Source: Anaerolineae bacterium (lineage in GTDB: Bacteria; Chloroflexota; Anaerolineae; Aggregatilineales; UBA3940). From it: a stretch of DNA of 64,000 nt. Positions 16,286-26,140 of this stretch are shown here, piece by piece. Made by a program: the position numbers and the translations under genes. The first letter of the stretch is position 1. Every line of letters begins with the position of its first letter. The stretch covers positions 1,219-65,218 of the forward strand of contig DAOTYH010000062.1 in the NCBI GenBank assembly GCA_034435015.1, in the 5' to 3' direction. A model generated the notes under the pieces. That model was not told the origin of the DNA. It made no database searches and worked only from the letters and a program-made list of their open reading frames with translations.

Positions 16286-16324
16286 GGGTGGACAGCCTCT
16301 ATCACAAAGACTGCCCACCCTTTT
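16286..16324. terminator. hairpin terminator between convergent genes
   Basis: GGGTGGACAG (16286-16295) pairs with CTGCCCACCC (16311-16320) with one mismatch, followed by TTTT at 16321-16324. It lies between the M23 gene (+) and rtcB (-). Confidence 0.5.
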
Positions 16325-16361
16325 CACTACCCGCATATAGCCGGCGGCTCGTGCCGCACAA

Positions 16362-17810
16362 CTAACCTTTGATCACTGCCAGCGGGATCAGCCGCGCTAC
16401 CTTGCGGGCAATACCTGCCCCGCTCACAACCTTGACCACCTCATCCACATCCTTATAGGCCTGAGGGGCCTCCTCAGCTAGGCCGGGCATGCTTCCTGCC
16501 CGTATAGTGATACCTTCCTTCTCTAACTCAGTGCGCAACGCCTCGCCGCGTATGGTGCGTTTGGCCTCGTTGCGGCTCATGACGCGCCCGGCACCGTGGC
16601 AGGTGCTTCCGAAAGTCTGCCTCATGCTCTCTTCTGTTCCCACCAGTACCCAACTGGCTGTACCCATTGAGCCGGGCACCAGAACAGGCTGACCGATGAT
16701 ACGGTACTCAGGCGGGAGTCCCTCAAAGCCGGGTCCAAAAGCACGTGTCGCGCCCTTGCGATGAACAACAACCTCGATGGTCTTTCCGTCAACCTGGTGT
16801 TTCTCAACTTTGGCCATGTTGTGGGCAATGTCATAGACCTGCCATAGACTCCAGTCGCGCACCTTGCCAGCCAGAACCGCTTCGAAACTGCGGCGGATAT
16901 GGAAGGCCAGCACCTGACGATTGGCAAAAGCATAGTTGGCGGCGGCACACATGGCGGCGTAGTAAGCCTGCCCCTCCGGTGAATGAAACGGAGCGCAAAT
17001 CAGCTCGCGGTCAGGGAGTTTAATGCCGTATTTCTGGCTCGCCGTTTGAAAGTCGCGTACATAGTCAGTACAAACCTGATGACCAAATCCCCGTGAGCCG
17101 CAGTGAATCTGGACGGCTATTCGACCCTTGTACAACCCCATTGCATTAGCGGCCTGCTCATCGTAGACCTCGTCAATCAAGTCCACTTCAATGAAGTGGT
17201 TTCCTGCGCCAAGTGTCCCTACCTGTTCGATTCCGCGCTCCCATGCCCGCTTGCTGACCTTGCCGCTGTCAGCGGCTTTCAGACAGCCGCCTTCTTCTGT
17301 CCGGGCAAGGTCCTCCGGCGTGGCATATCCCTTCTGAAGTGCCCATTTGGCCCCTTCATGCAACAGCTTCTCGAAGTCTTTATCTTTCAATTTGAGACTG
17401 CCCTCTTTACCGACACCGCTGGGGCAGTTCTGATATAACGTTGAAGCCAGCACAGACAGATGCGGACGTATCTCTTCTAGATCGATGTTGCTGGCAAGCA
17501 CGCGGACTCCACAGTTGATGTCAAACCCAACCCCGCCGGGCGAGATGATTCCACTGTCAGCCCGCGATGCTACCACGCCGCCAATCGGAAATCCATACCC
17601 TTGATGGATGTCAGGCATGGCCAGCGCATACTGTACCAGACCGGGAAGTGTGGCTGTGTTGACCAACTGATCAACCGATTGATCACCCAGAGCATCCTCT
17701 AATAACCGCTCGCTGGCATACAGCCGTGCTGGAACACGCATGTCATCCCGGAATGTGGCGGGAATCTCCCACAGATACTCGGACAGGCGATTGATGTCTT
17801 GCTTGCGCAT
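16362..17810 (-). CDS. rtcB: RNA-splicing ligase RtcB (3'-phosphate/5'-hydroxy RNA ligase)
   Basis: 482 aa with the hallmark blocks [36 protein letters not shown] and CHGAGR. Confidence 0.9.
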   Translation of the reverse strand: MRKQDINRLSEYLWEIPATFRDDMRVPARLYASERLLEDALGDQSVDQLVNTATLPGLVQYALAMPDIHQGYGFPIGGVVASRADSGIISPGGVGFDINCGVRVLASNIDLEEIRPHLSVLASTLYQNCPSGVGKEGSLKLKDKDFEKLLHEGAKWALQKGYATPEDLARTEEGGCLKAADSGKVSKRAWERGIEQVGTLGAGNHFIEVDLIDEVYDEQAANAMGLYKGRIAVQIHCGSRGFGHQVCTDYVRDFQTASQKYGIKLPDRELICAPFHSPEGQAYYAAMCAAANYAFANRQVLAFHIRRSFEAVLAGKVRDWSLWQVYDIAHNMAKVEKHQVDGKTIEVVVHRKGATRAFGPGFEGLPPEYRIIGQPVLVPGSMGTASWVLVGTEESMRQTFGSTCHGAGRVMSRNEAKRTIRGEALRTELEKEGITIRAGSMPGLAEEAPQAYKDVDEVVKVVSGAGIARKVARLIPLAVIKG

Positions 17811-17835
17811 AGGCTTCTCTCCTCTACCTCACTAC

Positions 17836-18261
17836 CTACACATCAAAGACAATGACCGTCTCATAGCCCTTATCAGTCTGTCGGATGACAAGGTTATGAT
17901 AGGTGACCGCTTTGATGTACTTGTCGAAACGGCCATTTGTCCTGCCAGTCACCTCAGCATCTAACCTGAAATCAGCGGCACGCTGTACAGCAATGTGGGT
18001 AAACACAACCCGCTGATCTTCAATGAGGTACAATAATTCCGTCAGCCAGTCCACCAGCAGGATTTCCCAGTCCGGGGCATGTAAAGAGATGGTTCTGTGA
18101 ATGACAGCCCCTGCTGGGGAAGCCTCTCCCCCGATCAAGCTGACCATGCCCCGTGCGGCATTCTCAAACAGCGCACGCAGGTCCTCCCCCCGTACCCGCA
18201 GTGCCCAGTCCGCAGTATGCTCAATTTCCTCCCATGCAGGGAGAGAGGGTGTATCAGCCAT
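17836..18261 (-). CDS. archease (RtcB activator)
   Basis: ATG at 18261 is preceded by GGAGAA. WEEIEHTADWALRVRG, IKAVTYHNL and the ~141-aa size are typical of archease. It lies 25 nt upstream of rtcB on the same strand. Confidence 0.85.
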   Translation of the reverse strand: MADTPSLPAWEEIEHTADWALRVRGEDLRALFENAARGMVSLIGGEASPAGAVIHRTISLHAPDWEILLVDWLTELLYLIEDQRVVFTHIAVQRAADFRLDAEVTGRTNGRFDKYIKAVTYHNLVIRQTDKGYETVIVFDV

Positions 18262-18337
18262 AGCAATTCTCCAGTATCGGGAGATTTGGGAAATGATCAC
18301 CTATCTCTATTGAGTATACACAGAGTATACACAAGGT

Positions 18338-20161
18338 TTACAGAGGATAGATAAGCGGCAGTAGAAAAACAACACCCAGCCCTGTCAGGAGTACCAGAGG
18401 AAAGCCAAGCTTAGCATAATCTCCAAAGCGATAGCCGCCCGGCCCCATCACTAACAGGTTGGCGGGGTGACCAACTGGGGAGAGAAAGGCCGCTGAGGCG
18501 CTGATGCCGACTGCAATAGCAAGAGCTTGTGGATCAAGGTTGCTGTGAAGGGCCATAGTGATTGCCAGCGGTCCCACGATCAGTGTTGCGGCCTGCCCGG
18601 ATGTGATCTGAGTCAGGAGAGTAGTAAGAAGAAAGAAAACAAACAGAACCAGATGCGGTCCGCCGATTTCCAACAGGCGTGGAAACTCCTGTGTCAGCCA
18701 TTCTGTAGCGCCGGTCTGTTCCAACGCCTTCGCTAGCGGCAACATCCCGCCGATCAGGAAAATCACCTGCCACTGGATACTAGAGCGGGCCTGCTCGACT
18801 GTTTCACAGCCGGTAATGATGACAGCTATCCCTGCCAGTAGAGCCGCTAGTGACACCGGTAACCAGTTGAGGGCAACCACGATGAAAAACAGAATCAATA
18901 TCAAGCCGGCAACCCATGCGCGGCGGGTGTTCTCGGGGACTTCGGGCAGGCGTGTCATGACCAAGAAGTCAGGCTCCCGGCTGAGAACGCTTAGCTGATC
19001 AGGCTGTCCCTGCACCAATAGGGCATCGCCTAAGGCAAGCCGATGCTCCCCCAAATGCGAGCGAATGGGGCGGCCTTCATGCCAGATCGCTACCACATTC
19101 AACCCATATTTCTCACGGAAGTTCACCTCGCTGAGGGTTTGGCCCACCAGCGTACTGCGGGGCGAAAGGGAAACCTCAGCCATTTCGGTATTACTGGCAA
19201 ATAGAAGAGCATTACGTTCCTCGTCCTGCGAAGACAACACCAAGCCAGTATCCTGAGCGGCAGTGGTGATGTCATCGGGTCTGCCGCCAAGTAACAGCAA
19301 ATCACCGGCCTGAAAGCGCATATTTGCCCCCGGCGGTGCAAAAGTCTGGCGGCCACGGATCAAGGCGGCAACAGTCACGCCGTAAAGATGTCCTAGGTCG
19401 CTTTCTACCAGCGTCCGTCCCGCCAGCTTTGACTCCGGTGCAACGTAGGCTTCAAATAAACGTTTGCTGAGCGCATACGTCCGGGTCAGTTCGTAGCGGG
19501 CCTGCTGAAGAGCGGTCCACAGATCGGCGGGGGAACGCTCCGGCAGGAGGAGAGGGCCGAATATCGTCAGATAGATCATGCCGATCAGGGCAATCGGCCC
19601 GCCGACCGGCAGGAAGTCCAGTAACCGGAGGGGGGGCAGGCCACTTCCTGCCAGCAGGCTGGACATGAGCAAGTTGCTGGTAGTCAGCAGAGTGGCCATC
19701 CCGCCCAGCAAGGCCCCAAAAGCAACCGGCATCATCAGGCGGGATGGACTGATGTTGCGCCGATAGGAGACCTGCCGACCGACTGGGGCGATCAAGGCAG
19801 TTGAGGCAATGGTATTCATCATCAGAGAACCCACGCCAGCGGCCAGCGCTAGCAGGCCTACCAACGGGCGTTCACTTAGCCCCTGGGTGATGCGCAATAG
19901 GAGTTGCGCCAAGCGGGCCGTTAGACCGGTGTGGCGGAGAGCTGAGACAAGGATGAAGATACCTACCAGCGTGAGAACCACCGGATTACCGAAGCCGCTG
20001 AAAAGCACCGGCAAGTCGAGAATGCCGCTCAAGCCCAGGCTGGCCAGGACCAACAGAGCCACTACATCCGGGGCGAGCAATTCAGATGCAAACAGGACTA
20101 AGGCAACACCAGCAATACCTAAGACGAAGATGATGTCTGTGTTCAGCCCCATACGTCTCAA
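18338..20161 (-). CDS. SLC13/DASS-type anion permease with two central TrkA-C (RCK_C) domains
   Basis: 607 aa. Hydrophobic N- and C-terminal halves flank two soluble ~70-aa repeats (KLAGRTLVESDL...FQAGDLLLLGG and LVGQTLSEVNFREKYGLNVVAIWH...GDALLVQG). Confidence 0.7.
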   Translation of the reverse strand: MRRMGLNTDIIFVLGIAGVALVLFASELLAPDVVALLVLASLGLSGILDLPVLFSGFGNPVVLTLVGIFILVSALRHTGLTARLAQLLLRITQGLSERPLVGLLALAAGVGSLMMNTIASTALIAPVGRQVSYRRNISPSRLMMPVAFGALLGGMATLLTTSNLLMSSLLAGSGLPPLRLLDFLPVGGPIALIGMIYLTIFGPLLLPERSPADLWTALQQARYELTRTYALSKRLFEAYVAPESKLAGRTLVESDLGHLYGVTVAALIRGRQTFAPPGANMRFQAGDLLLLGGRPDDITTAAQDTGLVLSSQDEERNALLFASNTEMAEVSLSPRSTLVGQTLSEVNFREKYGLNVVAIWHEGRPIRSHLGEHRLALGDALLVQGQPDQLSVLSREPDFLVMTRLPEVPENTRRAWVAGLILILFFIVVALNWLPVSLAALLAGIAVIITGCETVEQARSSIQWQVIFLIGGMLPLAKALEQTGATEWLTQEFPRLLEIGGPHLVLFVFFLLTTLLTQITSGQAATLIVGPLAITMALHSNLDPQALAIAVGISASAAFLSPVGHPANLLVMGPGGYRFGDYAKLGFPLVLLTGLGVVFLLPLIYPL

Positions 20162-20176
20162 ACCCTGCTGAGAGAC

Positions 20177-21541
20177 TCAGCCCAACACCATGTCAATAGC
20201 CTCATTCAAAGAGCGGACGGCTATCGCTTCAACTCCCCCAGGCAATGGCTCCCCACCGCGGCGGGCTGTCTTAGGAATTAAAACTCGGCGGAAGCCCAGT
20301 TTGGCCGCTTCATTCAAGCGAGCCGGTAGCTGGCTGACAGCCCGCAGTTCGCCGCTTAACCCAACCTCCCCCACTACGGCCAGATCGGCAGGAAGTGGTA
20401 CATCCTTCACGCTGGAGGCAATAGCAAGCGCGATGGCTAAATCCGCGGCAGGTTCGTCAATCTTCAACCCGCCAATCACATTGACAAACACATCCTGCTC
20501 AGAAAGGCGGATGCCCACCCGCCGCGTCAGGACAGCCGTCAATAGCAACAGCCGGTTGAAATCAACACCGTTAGCTGTACGGCGCGGGTTGGCAAAGCTG
20601 GTGAGTGTGGCAAGCGCCTGCACTTCGGCCAGCAAAGGCCGTGTGCCTTCCATGGTGACCACGATGGATGAGCCGGGCGCATTGACCATCCGCTCGGCCA
20701 GAAATGCCTCTGACGGGTTTTTGACTTCTACCATGCCGTCGCCGCGCATTTCAAAAACACCAACCTCAGAGGTTGCCCCAAAGCGATTCTTGACACTGCG
20801 CAACAGCCGGAATGCCTGAAAGGCATCACCCTCCAGATAAAGAACGGTGTCCACGATGTGCTCCAGTACACGCGGGCCTGCAATGCTCCCCTCTTTGGTC
20901 ACATGCCCGACCAGGAAGATAGCAATGCCGGTGTCTTTAGCTACCTGCTGGAAGGATGCCGCACAGTGTCTTATCTGGCTGACACTCCCCGACGTTGACT
21001 CTAGTATATCGCTGTAAGTTGTCTGGATTGAGTCCACCACTAACACGCGGGGCCGCAGTGACTCGACATGTGCCAGTATGGCCCCCAGATTAGTCTCAGT
21101 GACAAGGTAGAGATTCTCTGTTGTGATGCCCAACCGCTCGGCCCGCATCTTGATCTGCCGGGCTGACTCCTCACCCGACACATAAAGCACAGGCCCGCTA
21201 TAGTCAGCCATCAGCGCTGTGACCTGAAGCAGAAGGGTACTCTTGCCTATGCCAGGGTCTCCGCCAATCAGGATCAGACTGCCGGGCACCACCCCGCCCC
21301 CCAGAACACGAGCAAACTCCTCCATAGGCAGAGGAAGGCGTTCCCATGGATCGCCCTCGATCTCGGATAAACGGCGCGGCAGGGAGCGTGCCCCTGCGGC
21401 CTGCTGGCCTGGGGATACTGATGACTCGACCACTTCCTCAACCATGCTGTTCCATTCACCACAGCTAGGGCAACGCCCCATCTCACGGGGGGAAGTACGG
21501 CCGCAGTTTTGACAAACATAAACAGTGCGAGTTTTTGCCAT
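20177..21541 (-). CDS. radA: DNA repair protein RadA/Sms
   Basis: 454 aa. It has an N-terminal zinc finger (CQNCG...CPSCGEW), a Walker A motif (GGDPGIGKST), a KNRFG motif and a Lon-like C-terminal domain. Confidence 0.9.
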   Translation of the reverse strand: MAKTRTVYVCQNCGRTSPREMGRCPSCGEWNSMVEEVVESSVSPGQQAAGARSLPRRLSEIEGDPWERLPLPMEEFARVLGGGVVPGSLILIGGDPGIGKSTLLLQVTALMADYSGPVLYVSGEESARQIKMRAERLGITTENLYLVTETNLGAILAHVESLRPRVLVVDSIQTTYSDILESTSGSVSQIRHCAASFQQVAKDTGIAIFLVGHVTKEGSIAGPRVLEHIVDTVLYLEGDAFQAFRLLRSVKNRFGATSEVGVFEMRGDGMVEVKNPSEAFLAERMVNAPGSSIVVTMEGTRPLLAEVQALATLTSFANPRRTANGVDFNRLLLLTAVLTRRVGIRLSEQDVFVNVIGGLKIDEPAADLAIALAIASSVKDVPLPADLAVVGEVGLSGELRAVSQLPARLNEAAKLGFRRVLIPKTARRGGEPLPGGVEAIAVRSLNEAIDMVLG

Positions 21542-21617
21542 AGAAAAGCCTCAACCCCGTCTGGTTCTCACGAGGAAGATTGTATAGCCGCTCATCATAG
21601 GGGGCGAATTCCCCTCA

Positions 21618-21645
21618 TTGCATCCCCCCGCAATTAGCTTATACT
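21618..21645 (+). promoter_or_regulatory. sigma-70-like promoter for glgP (TTGCAT-N16-TATACT)
   Basis: TTGCAT is at 21618-21623 and TATACT at 21640-21645, leaving a ~90-nt leader before the ATG at 21744. The ORF-track start at 21618 is the TTG of the -35 box. Confidence 0.5.
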
Positions 21646-21743
21646 GGACAAGGAGCGGGACTCTCAGCCGTAGCCCCGTCTATGCATCTCTTGAAGCAGT
21701 ACATGCATTGCTCCCCGTCAGAGTCGGGAGGGAGGAGACACCA

Positions 21744-24311
21744 ATGCAACCCATTGCCACCTACACTGTTGTCTCATCTATCCCTGAGCCGCTCCACCGG
21801 TTGCCTGAGCTGGCCTACAACCTGCGTTGGAGCTGGGATCATCAGACCATCGAACTATTCCGGCGCATGGGCCGCGATCTGTGGGAGGAAACCAACCACA
21901 ACCCGGTCAAGATGCTGGGATTACTGAGCCAGAGCAAGCTTGACGCCCTTGCGCGTGATGAAGGTTTTCTGGCTCATCTGGCACGTGTGACCGAAGCGTA
22001 TGACGAATACATGCGCAAAGGACAAAGGACGTGGTACGCACAGGAATTCGGACTCGAAGAAAAGCCCCAGATGGCTTACTTTTCATTTGAATTTGGCTTA
22101 TCTGAGTGTATCCCAAATTACTCCGGCGGACTGGGTATTCTCGCGGGTGATCACCTCAAAGCCTCCAGTGACTTGAATGTACCGCTGGTCGGGGTCGGCC
22201 TGCTATACCAGCAGGGCTACTTTCGGCAGTATCTCAATATTGACGGCTGGCAACAGGAGCTCTACCCGGACAACGATTTCTACACCATGCCGCTCAGGCT
22301 GATGAGAGACGAGAATGGCCAGCCGATCCAAATCTCCATTGAGTTAACGGGCCGGCAAGTTTATGCTCAAATCTGGCGTGTGCAGGTTGGACGGGTTGAT
22401 CTCTACCTGTTAGACACCAATATTCGTGAGAATCGGGAGCGTGGTGACCAGGACCTGACCGATCAGCTCTACGGCGGTGATCGCGAGATGCGGATTAAGC
22501 AGGAGATTCTGCTGGGTATCGGCGGATTGCGTGCCCTGTATGCTCTGGGCATTGAACCAGCCGTCTGCCACATGAACGAAGGGCACTCGGCCTTCCTCTC
22601 GCTGGAACGGGCGCGTATCCTGATGGAACGCTTCAGGATGAGCTTTGCAGAGGCGGCGGCTATCACATCAGCCAGTAATGTGTTCACCACCCATACACCT
22701 GTTCCGGCAGGCAACGACTATTTTGCACCCGATCTGGTCGAGAAGTACTTCCAAGATTATCGGCAGGCACTTGGGCTGTCCTCTGAAGAGTTTCTGGCGC
22801 TAGGGCGGATCGATCCCAATAACCCCAGTGAGCCATTCTGTATGACCGTTCTAGCATTGCGGATGTCAGCCTATGCGAACGGCGTAAGCCGCCTGCATGG
22901 CGAGGTGGCCCGCAAGATGTGGAAGGATGTTTACCCTCAGGTGCCGCTCTCAGAAGTGCCGATCAACTCGATCACAAACGGTGTGCATATCTACTCTTGG
23001 GTCTCCCAGGATATGGCGAATCTGTATGATCGCTATCTTGGCCCGCGCTGGCGCGAGGACCCTGCCGACCGGCGGGTCTGGCAACGTGTGAACAGCATCC
23101 CCGGTGAGGAGTTGTGGCGCACCCATGAACGTCGTCGGGAAAGGCTGGTAGCCTTTGCCCGTAACAGGCTGGCGGCTCAGCTTGAGCGGCGCGGTGCACC
23201 GCCCACTGAGATTGAAAGGGCACAAGAAGCACTCAACCCGGAAGCGCTGACCATTGGCTTTGCCCGGCGGTTCGCCACATATAAGCGGGCTACGCTGTTA
23301 TTGCGCGATCCTGACCGCTTGACTAGGCTGTTGTGCAGTGATCGTCCCATCCAGCTTATCTTTGCTGGAAAGGCTCACCCGCACGACAACGAGGGTAAAG
23401 AGTTCATCCGTCAGATCATCCACTTTGCCCACAATGTCGGCTGTCAGCATCGGATCGTCTTTCTAGAAGACTATGATATGGTCATAGCACGCTATCTCGT
23501 GCAGGGTGTTGATGTATGGCTGAACACTCCCCGGCGGCCTATGGAAGCCAGCGGCACAAGCGGCATGAAGGCCGCTATGAATGGCGTGTTGAACCTGAGC
23601 GTTCTGGACGGCTGGTGGGCAGAGGCTTACCGCAGCAACATCGGCTGGGCCATTGGCCGTGGCGAGGTATATGCAGACGAAGGCCTGCAGGATTACGTTG
23701 AGTCAAATGCCGTCTATGACCTGCTGGAGAAAGAAATTATCCCGGCCTTTTACGATCGGGGGCATGACAACTTGCCTAGGGTCTGGATCATGCGTATGAA
23801 GTCCAGCCTGCGGGAGCTGGGGCCGGTTTTCAATACTTCCCGTATGGTGCAAGAATACGTGCGCCGGGCCTACTACCCAGCGCTTGAGCAGGCCCGCTAC
23901 TTCAGTGAGAATAACTACAAGCGCGGGCAGGATTACGCGGCTTGGTTATTGGAACTCAAGGAACATTGGCAGGAGATTGACACAGGCGACATAACCGCTG
24001 TAACAGACACCGAGATACGTGTGGGGGACAGCCTGCATGTAGAGGCAGAGGTCTATCTGGGCAGTCTCTCGCCAGACAAAGTAGCTGTGCAGCTCTACGA
24101 GGGAGTACTCGACCGGCAAGGACAGATCAGCAGAGGGCATGCCCACACGATGCACCGGGCCGGAGACAGCCCGCGGGGCGAGGGGTGGCACCGCTACACC
24201 GTTGAATTCACCTGCGAGACGACAGGCCATCACGGCTACACAGTCCGGATCATCCCCTTCCATCCCGACATGGCCAATACCCTGCGTCTGGGGCTGATTA
24301 CATGGGCCTAG
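21744..24311 (+). CDS. glgP: alpha-glucan (glycogen/maltodextrin) phosphorylase, GT35
   Basis: ATG at 21744 follows GGAGGAG. The sequence shows [30 protein letters not shown], the PLP-lysine region [14 protein letters not shown], and a length of ~855 aa. Confidence 0.9.
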   Translation: MQPIATYTVVSSIPEPLHRLPELAYNLRWSWDHQTIELFRRMGRDLWEETNHNPVKMLGLLSQSKLDALARDEGFLAHLARVTEAYDEYMRKGQRTWYAQEFGLEEKPQMAYFSFEFGLSECIPNYSGGLGILAGDHLKASSDLNVPLVGVGLLYQQGYFRQYLNIDGWQQELYPDNDFYTMPLRLMRDENGQPIQISIELTGRQVYAQIWRVQVGRVDLYLLDTNIRENRERGDQDLTDQLYGGDREMRIKQEILLGIGGLRALYALGIEPAVCHMNEGHSAFLSLERARILMERFRMSFAEAAAITSASNVFTTHTPVPAGNDYFAPDLVEKYFQDYRQALGLSSEEFLALGRIDPNNPSEPFCMTVLALRMSAYANGVSRLHGEVARKMWKDVYPQVPLSEVPINSITNGVHIYSWVSQDMANLYDRYLGPRWREDPADRRVWQRVNSIPGEELWRTHERRRERLVAFARNRLAAQLERRGAPPTEIERAQEALNPEALTIGFARRFATYKRATLLLRDPDRLTRLLCSDRPIQLIFAGKAHPHDNEGKEFIRQIIHFAHNVGCQHRIVFLEDYDMVIARYLVQGVDVWLNTPRRPMEASGTSGMKAAMNGVLNLSVLDGWWAEAYRSNIGWAIGRGEVYADEGLQDYVESNAVYDLLEKEIIPAFYDRGHDNLPRVWIMRMKSSLRELGPVFNTSRMVQEYVRRAYYPALEQARYFSENNYKRGQDYAAWLLELKEHWQEIDTGDITAVTDTEIRVGDSLHVEAEVYLGSLSPDKVAVQLYEGVLDRQGQISRGHAHTMHRAGDSPRGEGWHRYTVEFTCETTGHHGYTVRIIPFHPDMANTLRLGLITWA

Positions 24312-24319
24312 ACCTGTAA

Positions 24320-24359
24320 CCCGCAGGGGGATGGATTGTCAGGCATATCCCCCTGCGGG
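24320..24359. terminator. hairpin between convergent genes (13-bp perfect stem)
   Basis: CCCGCAGGGGGAT (24320-24332) pairs with ATCCCCCTGCGGG (24347-24359) around a 14-nt loop. There is no U-tract. Confidence 0.45.
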
Positions 24360-24404
24360 CTGGCTGGCATTGGCTCCTGTCTTTGCTGATGATAGCAGCT
24401 AGGC

Positions 24405-25982
24405 CTAGGGCGGCATCTGCGGCGCGGGGACAGTCACAGGCGATTGCCAGAAAATGTCCGGCTTGTAATACCATACCTCGTGATCAGGATACAGCGCCAT
24501 CACTTGGGCGTTGCGTTCAAAAGAGCCGGTGTGCGCCGCCACGATCGGGCCGTCCAACCACGGGGTATTGAAATAGAAAAAGGGGGCATACTCCCGCCAG
24601 TGGGGGCTGTCTACAAAGATCAGTATCTGCTCAGAGTCACTCAGCCTCTCCAAGCGATTGATCGGATTACGTGTAATGCCGTACAGGCCATGCCAGTCTC
24701 TAAGACGTACCGGCAGATACACCAGCCCATTGACAGCGATTAGAGCGGCCAGAAGCAAGAACACAGGCCATAGCTGTCGGGGCTGAAGCCGCCAAATGGA
24801 CTCAGCGGTCTGCCGAGCGTGCAACCGCTTCAAAAGCCCTGCCAGCAGGCGGATCATTCCTCTTAAGCCCAGTGCGGCTAGAATGCACAGTCCAGCATGT
24901 CCCTCGTAGTAGTAGCGTGGCCCATAGACCCATGCCCCAACCCAGTAAGCTAGATGGACAACCACCAATGCCACAAAGGGGGCCAGCAGTAGAAACGGCC
25001 ACTTTCGGCGTTCCCGTCGTATCTCCAAGACACCGAAGACGAGGCCGGGGATCAGCGGCACCCAGCTTGCCTGAGGCCACCCGAACAGATCACTGACCCA
25101 GTAACGCAGGTCACGTGCCGCATTCTGGAAGGCCTTTGCCAGCGTGTGTCCTCCCCGGCCAAATTCGGGGCCAAAACCAACCCGGTCATAGGCCCATACC
25201 ATCGTGTAGAGGTTGGTTGTTGGGCTGCCCGTCACCACATACAGATAGAGCGGCTGAAGAGCAACCAGCAACAGCGCTATGACGATCATGGGCCAGTAGG
25301 CTCGGAGCAAAAACACGACACGGCGGGAGTGCACTGCTCGGATCAGCAACGCCACAGCGAATGGAAATACAACCGCCACTGCCGTCAGAGGGCGCGTTAG
25401 GGCCAGCATACCGATGGCAATCCCGGCCAGCCCAGCCCACCACCGGCCACTGCCCCCCTCTTCCTGTGCCTGCTCGCCTCGCAGGAAGGACCACATCAGT
25501 AACGCCGTCCAGAAGCAGGAAGCGGCATGACTCATGTAGGTACTGGATTGGAGCAGAAAGAAGGGTGAAGATAACCCCAACAGGCCTGCTAAGGCGCCTA
25601 TCTGCCGATCGTATAACTCGCGACCGAGCATATAAATCAGTATCACGGTTAATGCACCCAGCACCGGCGCTGCCAGCCATCCAGCACCAAACCGCTCACC
25701 CAATGCCAGTACCAGAGGCCAGCCGATTGGATACTTGCCGATCCATCTCTCATTCACTACCAGCACAAAGGGGGTAAAAAATGCGCCGGGAACAGGCGGC
25801 ATGGGCGCCCACAATGCCCCGCGGGCTAACGTGCGTGCCTGAAAAAGATAGGCGATCTCATCCTCTAAGTGCGGGAGCCGCTCTGTAACAAAATAGGCCA
25901 TTAAAATTGAGCAGGCTAACGCTATCAGCGCCAGCCCAGACATAATGAGGTAGTCTAGGCGTGTATAGCGAGGGGTTTTCAT
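24405..25982 (-). CDS. ArnT/PMT-like membrane glycosyltransferase (GT39/GT83-like)
   Basis: 525 aa and polytopic. The first loop contains an acidic DE motif (HLEDEIAYLFQA), as in the dolichyl/undecaprenyl-phosphate-sugar transferase families. A soluble C-terminal tail follows. Confidence 0.55.
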   Translation of the reverse strand: MKTPRYTRLDYLIMSGLALIALACSILMAYFVTERLPHLEDEIAYLFQARTLARGALWAPMPPVPGAFFTPFVLVVNERWIGKYPIGWPLVLALGERFGAGWLAAPVLGALTVILIYMLGRELYDRQIGALAGLLGLSSPFFLLQSSTYMSHAASCFWTALLMWSFLRGEQAQEEGGSGRWWAGLAGIAIGMLALTRPLTAVAVVFPFAVALLIRAVHSRRVVFLLRAYWPMIVIALLLVALQPLYLYVVTGSPTTNLYTMVWAYDRVGFGPEFGRGGHTLAKAFQNAARDLRYWVSDLFGWPQASWVPLIPGLVFGVLEIRRERRKWPFLLLAPFVALVVVHLAYWVGAWVYGPRYYYEGHAGLCILAALGLRGMIRLLAGLLKRLHARQTAESIWRLQPRQLWPVFLLLAALIAVNGLVYLPVRLRDWHGLYGITRNPINRLERLSDSEQILIFVDSPHWREYAPFFYFNTPWLDGPIVAAHTGSFERNAQVMALYPDHEVWYYKPDIFWQSPVTVPAPQMPP

Positions 25983-26092
25983 AGCCGGCTAGTCTACATC
26001 AGCACGCGAGTCAACGCTAGATAAGGGGGCCGGCACCCACAGGCTGTCATGTCCGTTCATCGTCTTGGAGGTTAGCGCAGCGGCACTAGTTG

Positions 26093-26101
26093 TGCTAAAT
26101 T
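26093..26101 (+). promoter_or_regulatory. extended -10 element TGCTAAATT upstream of the kinase gene
   Basis: A TGn + TAAATT element lies 40 nt upstream of the ATG at 26141. The same TGCTA-type element recurs at 28395 and 52359. Confidence 0.35.
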
Positions 26102-26140
26102 GACATTGACTCCTAGTCTGCGGTACTGCTTGAGGGAAAT

